Assembly (NCBI RefSeq): GCF_006345805.1
Contig: NW_021833696.1
Span: 1-40,194 of the forward strand
Source of the DNA: Octopus sinensis
Taxonomy: Eukaryota
Reading direction: 5' to 3'
Length of the DNA: 40,194 nt
Part shown: positions 1 through 11,879 of the stretch, one piece after another
How positions within the stretch are numbered: position 1 is the stretch's first letter
Layout: every line of letters starts with the position of its first letter
Position numbers and translations under genes: made by a program
The notes under the pieces: generated by a model
Databases searched by the model: none
Told to the model about the DNA's origin: nothing
Seen by the model: the letters and a program-made list of their open reading frames with translations, nothing else

Positions 1-920
1 CCCACCAAATAAGGTTTTGATTCGGTAAACGTTTCCACTGGAGTCTGTTTCATTTAAATTCACTATATAAACCCTCGGAGGCCGCAATAATGTCCCAAGT
101 AGTCCCCGTCGAAGCATAGTCGAGCTCACTTTCTCTCCTTTTTGTGTGTTAATCAATTTGACTGTGTGAAGTTTAGTATTCAATTGACCGGTCAATTTGA
201 CAGTCTCCTCAGTGACCACCAGACAATCGACTTGTCCTTCAGTAACCTCTGGCCCATATTGACTGTTTAGCTGAGTTACACACACTTCCAGATGTGGCAT
301 AATAAGCTGACAGAAAGTGAGAACAGACCGAGCCCTCACATCGTAGGCCTCCACTAGGCAACTCAAATCTTTCGAGACCACCATTTCGTCGCTGGTGACT
401 CCAACTATCAACTTGGTTTTTGCAATGAAACAGGATTCGGTCAAAAGCAGTTTGTGTCCGTTGTGAAGGCGGTCAAAGGTCCCCCCCACAGCCACGGTCG
501 AGTAGTGGCATGTCAACTCCCTATTGGGAACGTCGAGGAGGCTGTGTCTTATGTAATTTCTGATTATTGGGTGGGGGATTGAACTGTCGGACACGACATG
601 AAAGGAGGGGGACTCCACAGACTGGTTGTACCGGTAAGGTTTGCTGGAAAGGAGATTTTCCAATAAAAATAGCACTGAATATTCGGCAAATTGTGCTCAA
701 TGGTTTGATAGGCATCGCGTAACATGTTCGATATGTCATTGGTAGAGACTTTCGGACAAATATAGTCAATGTTCAAATTTACGCCGAAATTTGGTGCTAA
801 ACAAAAGAAGATGTCATTCGATTTTGAATTTGCTATGTTTTGGGCGAGTCTAGCAAGAAGAGTGCTGACTTGGGTCGGAGAGCAGGTCATAAAAACAAAT
901 ACTCTATTTAGATAGGACAT
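1..920 (-). CDS. COASY: Bifunctional CoA synthase (PPAT + start of dephospho-CoA kinase), copy A, truncated by the window edge
   Basis: Identical to 17024-17943 (offset 17023). Contains VAVGGTFDRLHNGHK (HxGH nucleotidyltransferase motif) and KVSST..R..LLG. A 28-nt GT-AG intron lies at 45-72. The 3' part lies left of position 1. Confidence 0.9.
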
Positions 921-983
921 TCACCAGGACCGACTAGAATATAAAATTTTATTTAAAACCGATTAATTAAATAGCCTAATAAA
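921..983. promoter_or_regulatory. Putative ultra-compact bidirectional promoter / 5'UTR region (63 bp between divergent ATGs), copy A
   Basis: COASY ATG at 920 (-) and the inferred ATG at 984 (+) are separated by 63 AT-rich bp. No specific element was identified. Confidence 0.55.
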
Positions 984-2344
984 ATGTTATTAACGGCGGA
1001 TGTGTGACTCTAAAAGTGCTTCATACACTAGTTTTATATTAGCAGACGAAGCAGAAAAAGAATGTGGAATAAAAAAAGAAATAATTATTGAGAGGTAAAT
1101 TTAATAATATATGTGAGCCTCCCCGTTGTCTTGGCCAAATCCCGTAATGAAGACTACGAGACAAACAATCTTCTGGCCAATACGGAATCAATTTCTAGTG
1201 ACGTCTCTATGGATAAACCAGTCAGTTGCAGTACAACATGACAGATGTGCTCTATTTATCTGACAACGACCATACGCCCGCCTTTATACGTCCCTCGGCA
1301 TTCAAGGACACAACAAACTAAAAAACCAAAGATCAGCAGAAGGCCTTTTTTCATGCGAGAACAAACCTCCAAGTTTGGTCGCCGAGTCAAAATCTCCGAA
1401 CGAATCCTTGGCTATCCTTTCACGAGACAGTCCTCCAGGCAGAACACAATCGACTCCCCCGACAGGACTGACAATGTGAAGCTTTCGGGCTGTGATGATT
1501 TGAGGTTCCCATTCCGTGATATTCCAGTGAAGGGGCTAATACGGAGGATTGCGGGTCTTGTGAATCGAGTTCAAGTGAGGAGTCTGTTAGTGCTATTCCG
1601 TTGCCCTTTCAATGGATTGTTGTGTGTGGTAGGATTATTGCAGCTATTTTCAGATGGGCAGGTGAAGAAGTCATACGTCGACAGAGTAGTTGTGTTTTTT
1701 TAAGTCCAGAACAAATTGAGAACAGACTATTTTGTACAAAGATGTAGTCACTTTACACTTCCCGACGGTGCCTATAATCCGTTTATGGTTTTTTCTGTTG
1801 CCTATTGGTAGAAAATGGCTTCCTACCAGAAGTCACGGAAAAAACCGAAAAGAGTTTCCATCTGCGTGGATTCCCCGATTCCCTCTGAAATCAGCGAATC
1901 GGACGAAAAACAGTCCGACCGAGCTTCCCCGACTGAAGTGGAACGTCCAAAGGAGGAGGAGCCTCCCAGTCCGATCCCAGAACCTCAGAAGCGAGGTAGG
2001 AAGAGGAAGAGTCTTATTCCTCCCGAATTTAGTGCCAGGGGAAGGGGTCGTAGCATAAGAAAATATGGAGAAGTGAGACGTAAGTTTGTCAAATTCTATT
2101 GGTAGAGGTTTTGTGTTTTGATCGTTGTAGTGGTGATAGAAATCAAAATCCATTTCCCCGGCTCCCAAGGGCAGAGGTTTATTGTTGCCTTATTTGTAGG
2201 TCGTCCTCCTAAACAGATGAGAGGCGGGAAACCGTATTTCTTGATTTTTGTTATTTTAGATCTACGCTGGTCCCTCCGCGAAGAATTGGTTATTCATTTA
2301 TGCTTAGTTCAATAGGTAGAGGACGTCCAAAGTCCTCAAATTGA
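984..2344 (+). CDS. Multi-exon basic/disordered protein with C-terminal AT-hooks, copy A
   Basis: Manual splicing of tiny GT-AG introns (1004-1031, 1095-1117, 2177-2199, 2234-2259, 2289-2315 and others) gives MLLTADVFILADEAEKE... at the start and ...PKGRGRPPKQMRGGKPSTLVPPRRIGRGRPKSSN* at the end. KRGRKRK and RGRGRS occur in ORF 1815-2105. Internal exon boundaries near 1580-1810 and 2075-2140 are not resolved. Confidence 0.7.
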
Positions 2345-2959
2345 GTCTTATATTCTCTTTTGTTCAATTTACTCATTAACTTTTGCTATTAGATTTGTAG
2401 AAGTTTGAGATTTGTATTGGCAATTTTACTATTCAATTATTTGCCAGCAACGATAAACAAGTATTTCAAAAATCTACTGAAAAATATCAATCACAGTTAT
2501 TTGTTGAGGAAAATATGTTTCAAAAGGCTTTTAAAAAATTTTAGTAAAAATTATGGGGAAATTTCATAACAACCTCATATGCGTATCGTGAAATTCGAGG
2601 TTTGGAGGAAGGAGTATCAATAGTTTATCCGAGGAGAGCGATTTATTAACCTTGGGATTAACAGCTCGGATAGAAAAGTATATAGTGGGCAATTCTATTA
2701 GCAGAGGAGTAAGGAATTCTATTATTGTTTATTATTAATTGCACATCCGCAACAACAAGAAAGTTAGTCTTTTCGTCGCTTGTGCCACATCCCGTAAGAT
2801 TTTGTCTGTTAGACACCTCCACGCTTTTCTTGAGATTGCAATTTTTCGGAGGCTGTCTAGCTCGTCTGTATTTTCTGGTAGCAATCTGTATTTTCTCTTT
2901 GGTTGAGGTGGTGAGGTCCCTCTTTTGCACATATGTCTAATACAAATCCTGGAGAGCTC

Positions 2960-3610
2960 GTACTTATGACTTTCAATGTCAGAGGAATTTCCTCATTACT
3001 ACGAAGAACATAATTGACTGAGGACCTAACCCATTATGGAGTTTCAGTAGCTTATGTCCAAGAAACTAAACTGAACAAGGATTTCGATGAGATTATTGGA
3101 TCATATAGGATTATCCCACCAAAACCGGAATGTAGACACTATGGACATGGATTTGCAATCAATAAACGCTATGAAAACTCAATTCACAAATGCTGGAGAA
3201 TCAATGACAGGATGTCAATCTTACAACTAATGCTGAAAAGAAAACTTATGACGATTGTATATGCACCGACAATTGGTATATCAATAAAATGTACCGAAGA
3301 AGTTGAACATTTTTACTCGAATCTCGTCGTGGCTGTGGACGATATACGTGCCTCTCCTTTCATTTTTCTTCCAGGTGACTGGTGGGAACCCGCCGTACAG
3401 ATGAAAACTTTATTGGAATACTTAGTAGAGGAGTAAGGAACTCGAATGGCGCAGCCTTGGCAGACTTCTGCAATCATTTAATCTTTTTTTGTGCAACACG
3501 GCATTAAACATCCGCAAGACATATAACCACGTGAGTGGGGCAAAGAAAGAATCAGAATGGAGAGATTGTATCTATTTACAATCAAATTGATTACATCATC
3601 AATTTGACGC
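2960..3610 (+). mobile_element. RTE-like LINE apurinic endonuclease (APE) fragment, degenerate
   Basis: LMTFNVRG, YVQETK, VYAPT, PGDW, RNSNG and NQIDYI motifs of exo-endo-phosphatase domains. Contains an in-frame stop and is truncated where the minus-strand CRE element begins. Confidence 0.8.
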
Positions 3611-5165
3611 ACAAGTTTCAGAGCATATCGCGTCCCAGACGATCGCTTTACCAAACGTGTACGGGAAGAGCGAGACGCCGTCTGGCCTCTTACCATCTTC
3701 CCTGATAAGACCAGAGGGCCCCAGGTGGCACGGGATGCCGGTTGTCTCAAACAGACGTTGAACGATTCTATTAAGCTCCACGTGCCTGATGATTCTCCTA
3801 GAGCTTTTATGACAAGAGTGGGGATGTAGACCTTTAGGCCCCGCAGCAGCATTGGTGAGGCTGGCAAGTGTCAAAGTCGAGTCAAAGAGGTATTCCGATT
3901 CTTAAGCACTCTGGGTCTAGTACGGTTCTAACTGCAGAGGAAGAATAGGCGTCAATCCAATCGTCAGTCTTTAGAGATGCTCCAGACAACAGGCAAGCAC
4001 GCCGGTGTTGATCTCCGTGAGACAATAAGCTCCAGTAAGATTGAAACCTGCTGGTCTCCGTTCACTCGCGGATTTGGCATAGGTCTTTAAAAGTTTTGAG
4101 TCCGCTAGCTGTCCACAGAGATGTTCCGTATGAAAGCTCTTTGTTCTTGAGCGATTCAGGGGGAAGAGGAAGGATCTGAACTAGGAATCTGAAACCCCCG
4201 TTCCTAATATGCAGGATACCCTGTTTGCAGCCCATTTCGTCAAAATGTACGTTGAAAATATATTCGAGCAACGAATTGAATTCTCTAATTTCGTCCGGGA
4301 ATCGGAAACAGGATGAAGTACGGAGTGCGTTTTCAAAACGAGGAAATGCAAGAAAGTTCTTCAGTAGAAAGAAAGTTGGGTGGGCGTCGATGTATTTAAG
4401 AGTGCTGAATGATTTTTTTATATTGCAAAGTTTAGCGTAGAGGAAAGATGGCATTTCGGACGGAAAAAGAAACGTGCCGAGAAGAGTAAGATCTCCTGGC
4501 AAGACTGTGCGTATGGCTGGGAGATAATGGTCAAACAAGGGACGGCTTTCCCAATTATAAAGTACATGGTCGTATCCAATGTTGAAAATCTCTGATTTTT
4601 GTGAATTCACCCCAAGGCCTATGGAAGCAAGAATCGGGCCTAGTTTGTTCAGGTCATTTACAACACTATCGGCCGGCCAGCTACGGAGGCATCGATGAGG
4701 TGCCAGACATCCAACTCAGAAGTCCATGAGCGCCCAGCAAAACAAGGAGAGGACCGAGCTTTGAAGCCAGGTGGCGGAAAACGTTCCCGACAACGATTGG
4801 ACGTACAATCCTCTTTTTTGAAAACAAGAAGCAGATAGGCGGAGAAAATGAGTCCACAAGCAAAAACGGATAAGTCTGAAGACGCAAGGTTGTTAACTAG
4901 ATTCGTGATCAAGGTAAGGAGCATGAGCCTGTTGGGGCGATCACGGGGAATGAGGTTGTAAAGGTGACGTGGGCGGAGGCTCTCAATGCCTGCACTACTG
5001 CCTGGTGAGAAAGATTTGAGTGCGCGACAGATCGCAAGAGGGGAAGGTGTGGATTCTATGGATGGAAACGACTTGAGGTTCTGCAGGCGTGGATTACGTT
5101 TTCGTCGATGGGAGTACGCCAAAACTCTCATGGCTACTCTGGTGTCACCCTCGATCAGTTTTGAA
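3600..5165 (-). mobile_element. CRE-clade non-LTR retrotransposon remnant (partial RT + RLE), internally deleted
   Basis: SFSPGSSAG, RPIVVGNVFRHLASK, GLGVNSQKSE, RHVELN and GLIREDGKRPDG..PYTFGKAIVWD (PD-(D/E)xK RLE). The QQGDP part of the RT core is missing and there are multiple frameshifts. Confidence 0.85.
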
Positions 5166-5874
5166 TGATAATTATTTCATCCACAAAGTCACAAATTCAA
5201 ACAAATTGGAACTAATCCGCTATCGCATATTGAAGTATCGTCGTCATCGGTGTGGCAAAATAAGTGAATAACACTTCAGATCAGAAAGGTTATTTTCATA
5301 ATTGCATGATAGAACATTTTATTACTCAACGGAAATATTTTAACCACTTTAAAAGTACCACATGACCGTTAAAAAATTAGCTACAAAGTCATTTTACTAG
5401 ATTACACATAGAAAAATAACGAAGCGGTATGGTCCCTCCATCTTTTAGTCTAAACAAGTATGGCTCGAAGCGGTCCAAAATGTTTTTATTGGTCGGCCTG
5501 TCAAGCGTGGTGCATCCGGGGAAAAATGATGTTAGGGGACGTAGCTCAGAATAGAAAGAAATAGAGAAAGCTATCCAAGAATCTGACCTATTGTGAAGCA
5601 AATACACTTAACCATGTCTATATTGCCACGAAAAACCCAAATATTTCATGGCAATAAGCGGGGTGGCATTATAAGAGGATGACATTATGGAGGAGTTTAA
5701 GTGTATGTTTTTATGACCGATGGCATCGCGTAAGGCTAATAATCAATAATATCGAGATCTAAATAACATTGGTTAAATTATTAAATGAAGCGGATTGAAC
5801 AAAATTAATTATAAATAGAATCTATAATAGTTAAAAAATTTTGTCTTTGAAATCAGAAACTAGTAGATCTATAT

Positions 5875-6560
5875 GGGACCTGGGAGTCAGTCAGACGAAG
5901 ACGCACTGCGGATCGAGAGGCAGTTCCCGCGTAGAATAGAGACCGAAGCGCGCTAGAAGAGCCAGCTTGCCCCCTCCGGTCATTCGTCTTCAATGCAATT
6001 TTATCACCGAGCCGGTAATCTCCAAGTTTCGACCAAGTGTAAATCTCGACATATAAGCAATAGATTTTAATTATTTTTTCATTTTTATTAATTTAAATTA
6101 ATTTTAATGGGATTATCTATCGGATTGTCTGGATTTTATATTTTTTTTAAAAATAAAAATTAAGCCAAAAAATCGTATTTGTAAACTATTGGGAGCAGAA
6201 ATTGCAGCCGCATCAACAATAGACAATCCTATTTAAAATTAGTCAATGTTGGCCATTGCATTCTACGTTTTTGAGGTATTTTTTTTAATTATATGAGAAG
6301 TTTGGCGAGAAACAACGGTTGAAAGGGTAGGTGGTTGGTTTATTTGTTAGTTTATTGACGATGTGTGTTTTCTTTAATTTATTAATATTAATTATTTATT
6401 TCTAACAAGAAATTATTTTAATAAAATTTTAAATAATTTATTCTCTTGTGGTTTTTACTTGGTCGAAACTTGGAGATTACCACCGAGCCAAGGCAACAGC
6501 GTCTCAGAAAAAGAATCCACACAAGTTACGTCCCAAACGAGTGACCTACCTCCTTCACTA
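5875..6560 (-). mobile_element. CRE-clade RLE 3' fragment interrupted by a MITE
   Basis: Removing the MITE and one TSD copy gives GRSLVWDVTCVDSFSET-LLPWLGDKIALKTNDRR in one frame. 5880-5995 aligns by eye with the CRE 3' end at 10955-11060. Confidence 0.75.
6014..6481. mobile_element. 468-bp MITE with 25-bp perfect TIRs and 8-bp TSD (Merlin-like termini)
   Basis: TIR GGTAATCTCCAAGTTTCGACCAAGT at 6014-6038, with its reverse complement at 6457-6481. Direct repeat ACCGAGCC at 6006-6013 and 6482-6489. The interior is AT-rich and non-coding. Confidence 0.9.
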
Positions 6561-6652
6561 TCTATAATTATAAATAGATTTGAACAACATTAATAAAGTC
6601 GAAATAAAATAATTAAACATATCAGACTAAATAATATTACGGAAAGAAATCT

Positions 6653-8721
6653 TTATTTTCTTCGACAAAATAAATTCTTCAAAAAAGGATCGTCAATGGA
6701 CCGTAAACATATAATAAAAAATCCCTGAAATGCATTAAGGGCACAAAAAATGTAAATGAAAATCACTTTATTATTTATGAGCATAGCGAAGCCAAAAATC
6801 CATGTTAAACCTACAAATATATACGGGGAAAACCAAAAGAAACAAATAACATTGCCATAAATTGTATTTTGGTCTTTTTTTTGTCGAAACTTGTCTGAAA
6901 CTGCAATAAATTGCCCCCAAAATATAGACATTTACAAGAATAGATGCGATGACAGGAAAATAAACAGATCCATACAAGGATAAATTGTTGATCCAGCATC
7001 TAAAAACATTACTCAAAAATTAAACAAATTATTCTTTGATTTGTATGAATTTTTATCGATGAGAAACGCGAGACCAATAAATAAAATAGGGAAAACTATA
7101 ACTAAGTATTAACCTCGTACCCCAAGATATTATGGGACTCATTTTCTTGATCACTTTGAGATTGACTCCGATAACTTTCACTACGATGGCGTAGTGGTAG
7201 ACTGCCGTTCCCACCATCCAAAAGAAAGAGGAAAGCAGAAAATAATGCAGCACGACTCCGCTTACTTTGCAGGAAATTGGGTCTTTTTGAGTTTCAGATG
7301 AGGCTCCGAGAAATGCAAAATTAAGCATATATAGAGATAAACAAAGTTGAAGGAAGTAGATCTGAGTGACAGACTTTTTTGCGCGTCTAACAAATTTATC
7401 ACAATTCAGATACTTCCAATAGAAAAATATCAGCCCAATAGCAAAGTATTCGGCCCCCGTAGACAGTAATAGTCCTATCTGTGTAATTTTTGATAGGGCC
7501 GTCACTTGTGAGGGAGAAATATACATTTCAATGTCCGGATTCTACAAATATTAAATTCTCCTCACCAATAGGATGGCAAATACTGATAAATGTGAACACT
7601 TGCAATCAATAACTCCATTCTTGTTCGACGTAGTACATCCGGTTGTAGACCAGCCGTGAATCGCTTTTTCGTAATAAACGCACAAATATGTGTCAGGCTC
7701 TTTTCCCAACGACTTATATTCTATATGGGCACTAAGAGACTGCCCATCCACGTCAAATAAACTGCAGAATAGTATGTGGCCATAAATAAAAGGTTTTGTG
7801 TTCAACTTATTTAGCAGGGCAGCAACCAAGGTTGAGTTTTCTACTTAATACTGTTTATAATTACTTGGAATGTTAGAAATGATTAGTTCCATTGGGGGAG
7901 TCGTATTTGTAAAGGAATATTGATAAGATCCACTGTGTATGATTTCAGAATATGTTTTATTCGAATATTTATTTATGTAATCAAATTGGTGCTGATTGGA
8001 AAGTAAGCCATCAATAAATTTTTCCACCCTAATAAATATGTGACTAGTAACATTTTGCTACATTATTCCAGTCTGTTGTAAAGACTGAGGTCTTGAAATA
8101 ATGGGTGATAATTTCCTGGATTTTAAATCAAATGACTGACTCGATAATTGAAAAAGATCCATTAGTCTGATTGCATTCACAAATTATACTATCCTTCATT
8201 ATTGTTTTTTGGCAAGACTTCGGTTTTAAAATGCCAAAATAATCATATCCATAACACTCGTAGTCTGACAAAATGTTATATTTATTTGCAGTGAGCTGAA
8301 TACTGCTGTATGCTAAATTTCCAAGAATGTATATATCTGAGTAATATTTTGTTTTTGGATAAATAGATTTTTTAAAATTTAATGTTGCAATGAAACATGT
8401 ATCTATTATCGTTTCATAATAACTCACTCTGAATTTTTGTGAAAACTTTCAGTTTGAACTTTTTAATAATGAACTTATTTTCATATTCTAATTTGTGGTA
8501 TACCTCCTGATAAATTTTATTTGGTGCAGTGTTATACTTGCAGTGTGCTTTAATATTTTCATTTATTTTATAGATTTGACTAATTGTATTAATTTTAAAA
8601 TATAAACTTTCTAAGACTTGTTTTCTAAATAATATCAATTATAACATACAATTTTTGTGTCTATTTTTGTAGCTTGCAAAAAAACTTTTTGGTGTATGAA
8701 GAAAAGTAAGACAAGATGCAT
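6653..8721 (-). CDS. Adhesion GPCR (GAIN/GPS + secretin-like 7TM), multi-exon
   Basis: GPS C..Y.....GWSTTGC.....CKCSHLSVFAILL. 7TM motifs: LHYFLLSSFFWM, CWI, FGLTWIFG, YIFCALNAFQGFFI. Tiny introns at 7542-7565, 7096-7120, 7000-7025 and 6811-6833. One apparent frameshift lies in the T8 run at 6875-6882. The start (MHLVLLFF at 8721) and the 5' exons are uncertain. Confidence 0.85.
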
Positions 8722-10059
8722 TGAGAAATATGACCGAATATGAATAAAATAATATTTTTTTATTTAAACCAAAAATTAATCGACTAAGGATTTAATTTTT
8801 CCTTGATTAATTTTCGTCTGTTTTTTCGATTGAGGAAATAGGCGATTCAACTTATCTAAAAATTCTGGTAGTTTTTATTTTATGCACTTGGAAATCGAGG
8901 GAGATCCTTCGGAAAGGTACGATTTTGCGCAGTGTGATCGACTTTGGACAACGATGTCGCCTGGGGTCAGAGCTCTAAAAGTCTTTTTTCTGTAGTAATT
9001 AGGTAATCCCTAAGCGTTTGGAAGTTACAACTGACATGGTGGACCACATAACGCCACGCTAAGAATCGGAACTAGGAGATCCCCATTTGCAACTGTGTCG
9101 CCTCACGGGCAAGGAAACGTTGACGACAATTTACCCCCAGCTGAAACTACCTCACGACAGTTCAGATCCAAAATTTCCAACATCTATGGCTAACACTTCA
9201 GCTAACGAGTGATTAATGACGTAGAAAAATGAGATTATTTGTAAAATTTATTGAAAGAAGTATATTATGATCTTTTGCTAGCCGCCGGTCGCATAGTAAG
9301 ACCGGGGTAATGCAACAACAACCGTTTTTGATACTTATGTGTAGGCTCAAACTACTTTTTCTGTATTAAAAAACATATTTTCTAGTTGAAAAACTATTTT
9401 TACGATTTAGAATATTTTTTAAAAAGGATTGATTTCATTCTTCATTAGAAACCTAATGAGCGAAAAAATTGAATGTGATGTTACGTCAACTAATTTGGAA
9501 AACCAGTTTACTTTTGGATAGTTAAGAGCTCAGCAGTATGAAGTCGTTTTATAATGTACGACTAATAAGGTGTGATATGAAAATAATTGAACCGAGGTTT
9601 GAGAGAGAATTAAAGATCGAAAGTTCAGGAATGTCATTATTATTTGCTTATAAGCCAAGCGTTGTATACATCTCCCCATAGTATAATGTCATTTAATGAA
9701 GAAAACTTAAAAGTCAAATTGTTAAGGACTCTCACGGGTTAGATAATGCCCTAGGTTAGATAATCTTCCCTTAAAAAATTTATTAAAATCAAAGAGAAAT
9801 AACCTGATAATTAATTAAAAATTAAGTAGATTTATTTTATTTTTCGTCAATTTTTAATTAAATGAATTTTACCAAAACTCGGTAAAATCCAGATTCAGAT
9901 GTTTCCCAATCATTAACAAATTTTATTACATTGTACACTTTTTTAAGGTTTTCCACTTAAAAACAAATATTAAAAAATCACGAATTTTTATTTTTGAATT
10001 TTTTTATAAAAGTCATATTTTTAGACAACTTCTGTGTATTTTTTTGAGTAAATCATCAT

Positions 10060-10400
10060 TCATTTCTTTAATTGCCGTATTTTTATTAACGTCAGATTTT
10101 TAATATAGAGGTTCAATTTACTGCCATCGACATCGATGCACTCAGGACAGGGATTTGCCGTGCTCAGATGCACCCCATAGTGAACGGGTCGCCAAAGATT
10201 CTGACGAACTTGACGCTTTCTACATGCAATTCTCGGAAACTTTTGTCTCTGTTCGCATCGCCTAAATATTGCATATTCTGTTTTTTCAGCGTTAATTTTT
10301 AGGAATAATTTTTCAAATGTATCGGCCAGTTTGTCGACAATTTCTTCTAATTTAGCGTTTTTCAACCTTTTTAATAGGGACTCCCTGGTATCGATTTTAT
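10060..10400 (-). mobile_element. Possible LINE reverse transcriptase thumb fragment
   Basis: L..TFEKLFLKINAEKTEY resembles the LKIN..KT motif after RT domain 6-7. This is a single motif only. Confidence 0.35.
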
Positions 10401-10449
10401 ATTAATCAAGAATTAAATCAAATTTTATTAATAAAAATTTATAATGTAA

Positions 10450-10725
10450 TTAAACTGCAAAATGGGACTTTGGTTCTTGTATTTTAGAGACTAAAATATC
10501 AATGTTCGGCCTCGTCTCAGATAGGGCGATACGCAAATTATCTTCTACTGTAAGACGATTTCGATACTTTGACTTTAAATATGCAAGATGTGACATTGCA
10601 GCTTCACACAGATATGTTGTGTGAAATGGGATTGACTTCTCTAGCGCTATTGAACTGAGTAATGGATGTACAGTTCTTAGTTCACACCAGAATTCCATCA
10701 ATGTACCGTTTTTAAACGATATCAA
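10450..10725 (-). mobile_element. hAT (Buster/Charlie/ZBED5-type) transposase C-terminal dimerisation domain fragment
   Basis: EFW...HPLLSSIAL..IPFHTTYLCEAAMS.L.YLKSKYRNRLTVEDNLRIALS..RPNI..LV...Q..SH. Confidence 0.85.
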
Positions 10726-10749
10726 AGCACTTTAATCTTTTTTTAACTT

Positions 10750-11062
10750 TTTAATGACTCGTTCTCCGCGTCGGTGTTACTCAAGTCCATCACTAACCCG
10801 GGTTCCGCCAGTGCTCAGGCTGAGGAGGCTAAGAGGTCGAAGTATGGAAATATTTCGGACTCTTACGAGTTTGTCCCCCTCGCCTTCGAAACATCTGGAA
10901 TTGTCGGCAGGTCTGCGACTCGCCTTCTTGCCGACATTGCCAGGAGAATCGCCAAGAAGACCAACGACCGGAGGGAGACGAGCTGGCTCTTCCAGCGAAT
11001 CTCGGTCGCAGTGCTCCGCGGAAACTGCCACTCGATACGCAGTGCGGCGACTTTGAGCTGAC
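10750..11062 (+). mobile_element. CRE-clade RLE C-terminal fragment nested in the hAT remnant
   Basis: AEEAKRSKY...FVPLAFETSG.VG....L...RETSWLFQRISVAVLRGN. Confidence 0.85.
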
Positions 11063-11139
11063 CTCCAGGCTCTTTATTAATTCGTGTATAACTTATTCCC
11101 CATTTTAATTAAATATCCGACTTTTTAATTCAATAAGAG

Positions 11140-11650
11140 ATTATAGAATTTTGAGATCGTCATCTACATTCATGAGAGAAAGGAAGGAACAGAATTTTGT
11201 GCAGAAAAATAATGTATATAATTTGTTTTTGAATGTAATGATTTTTTCATTTAATCCTAATTGATATCAAAGCATTGAAGGAGCACCGTCAGTGCAAATT
11301 GATCCAACTTTATTCAGATTAATAGAATTAAGTTCCATAAATTTGTCAACAACAGCAAAAATATCCTGACCTTGTGTTCTTCCATCAAGTTTGATACAAA
11401 AAAGAAAATCCTCAACAATCTTGTTTGCCTCAACAAAACGTACCAAAAACCAACTAACAAATCGAAGTTATATCGATCAAATCATCGAACTGGATGCTTA
11501 TCGAGAAAGAACTGCAGTCAATACGATGAACAATCTGAGACAAGATATCACCAGACATATCTTGAATTCTTCGAGAAATTATATAATTTGACAAAAGGAT
11601 CTCTTCACAGAATCGTTTCTTATCTAACACTAGCACAGCAGGTCGCTTTG
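11140..11650 (-). mobile_element. hAT (Buster-type) transposase catalytic-domain fragment, degenerate
   Basis: LSNYIISRRIQDMSGDILSQ..SIQFDD..D, then TQGQDIF..VDKF....ICTDGAPSM. Same orientation as, and upstream of, the 10450-10725 piece. Confidence 0.8.
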
Positions 11651-11879
11651 TTCACCGCGACCTAACCTCGTTTGTTGCATAATTTAGGTGGCGCAAGATT
11701 TTTTATTTTTTGGAGTTTTCCTTTATGGATTTGTTGCTATCTTCTTTTCTGTTTAGTTTTTATTTTGTTATTGCTGAGCAAAGAGGAGTTTTTTGATACA
11801 CAAACACACTAATCAAACATTCCAATAAAACACACCAATTAAATAGATGGATATCACATTAATAGATAACAATAGGCAT

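Larger units (their letters stand above)
1..5197. repeat. Segmental duplication copy A (pairs with 17024-22534)
   Basis: The ORF track is identical at offset 17023 for 521-2315. By eye the sequence is identical to about 2400, then shows SNPs and indels. Homology ends after ...ccacaaa(t)gtcacaaatt at 5197 / 22534. Confidence 0.95.

Noticed and set aside
521-769. 82-aa ORF MTIFVRKS... (and its copy 17544-17792)
   Set aside because: It is an alternative frame overlapping COASY exons.
1330-1420. TSKFGRRVKISERILGYP as a CENP-C / KNL2 centromere motif
   Set aside because: It lacks the R..P..(Y/F)W..ER core, so the resemblance is too weak.
3478-3867. ORF MPASPMLLRG... and similar ORFs (4225-4440, 10754-11056, 10777-11031, 12124-12375, 14851-15261, 21834-22145, 32226-32555)
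   Set aside because: They are antisense or off-frame shadows of retrotransposon coding sequence.
5389-5607. 72-aa minus ORF with flanking candidate micro-introns
   Set aside because: No splice combination I tried gave a coherent open gene model, and there is no recognisable motif.
8880-9230. GC-richer patch possibly encoding a small plus-strand gene divergent from the GPCR
   Set aside because: Only short frames and no motif. It cannot be supported without transcript data.
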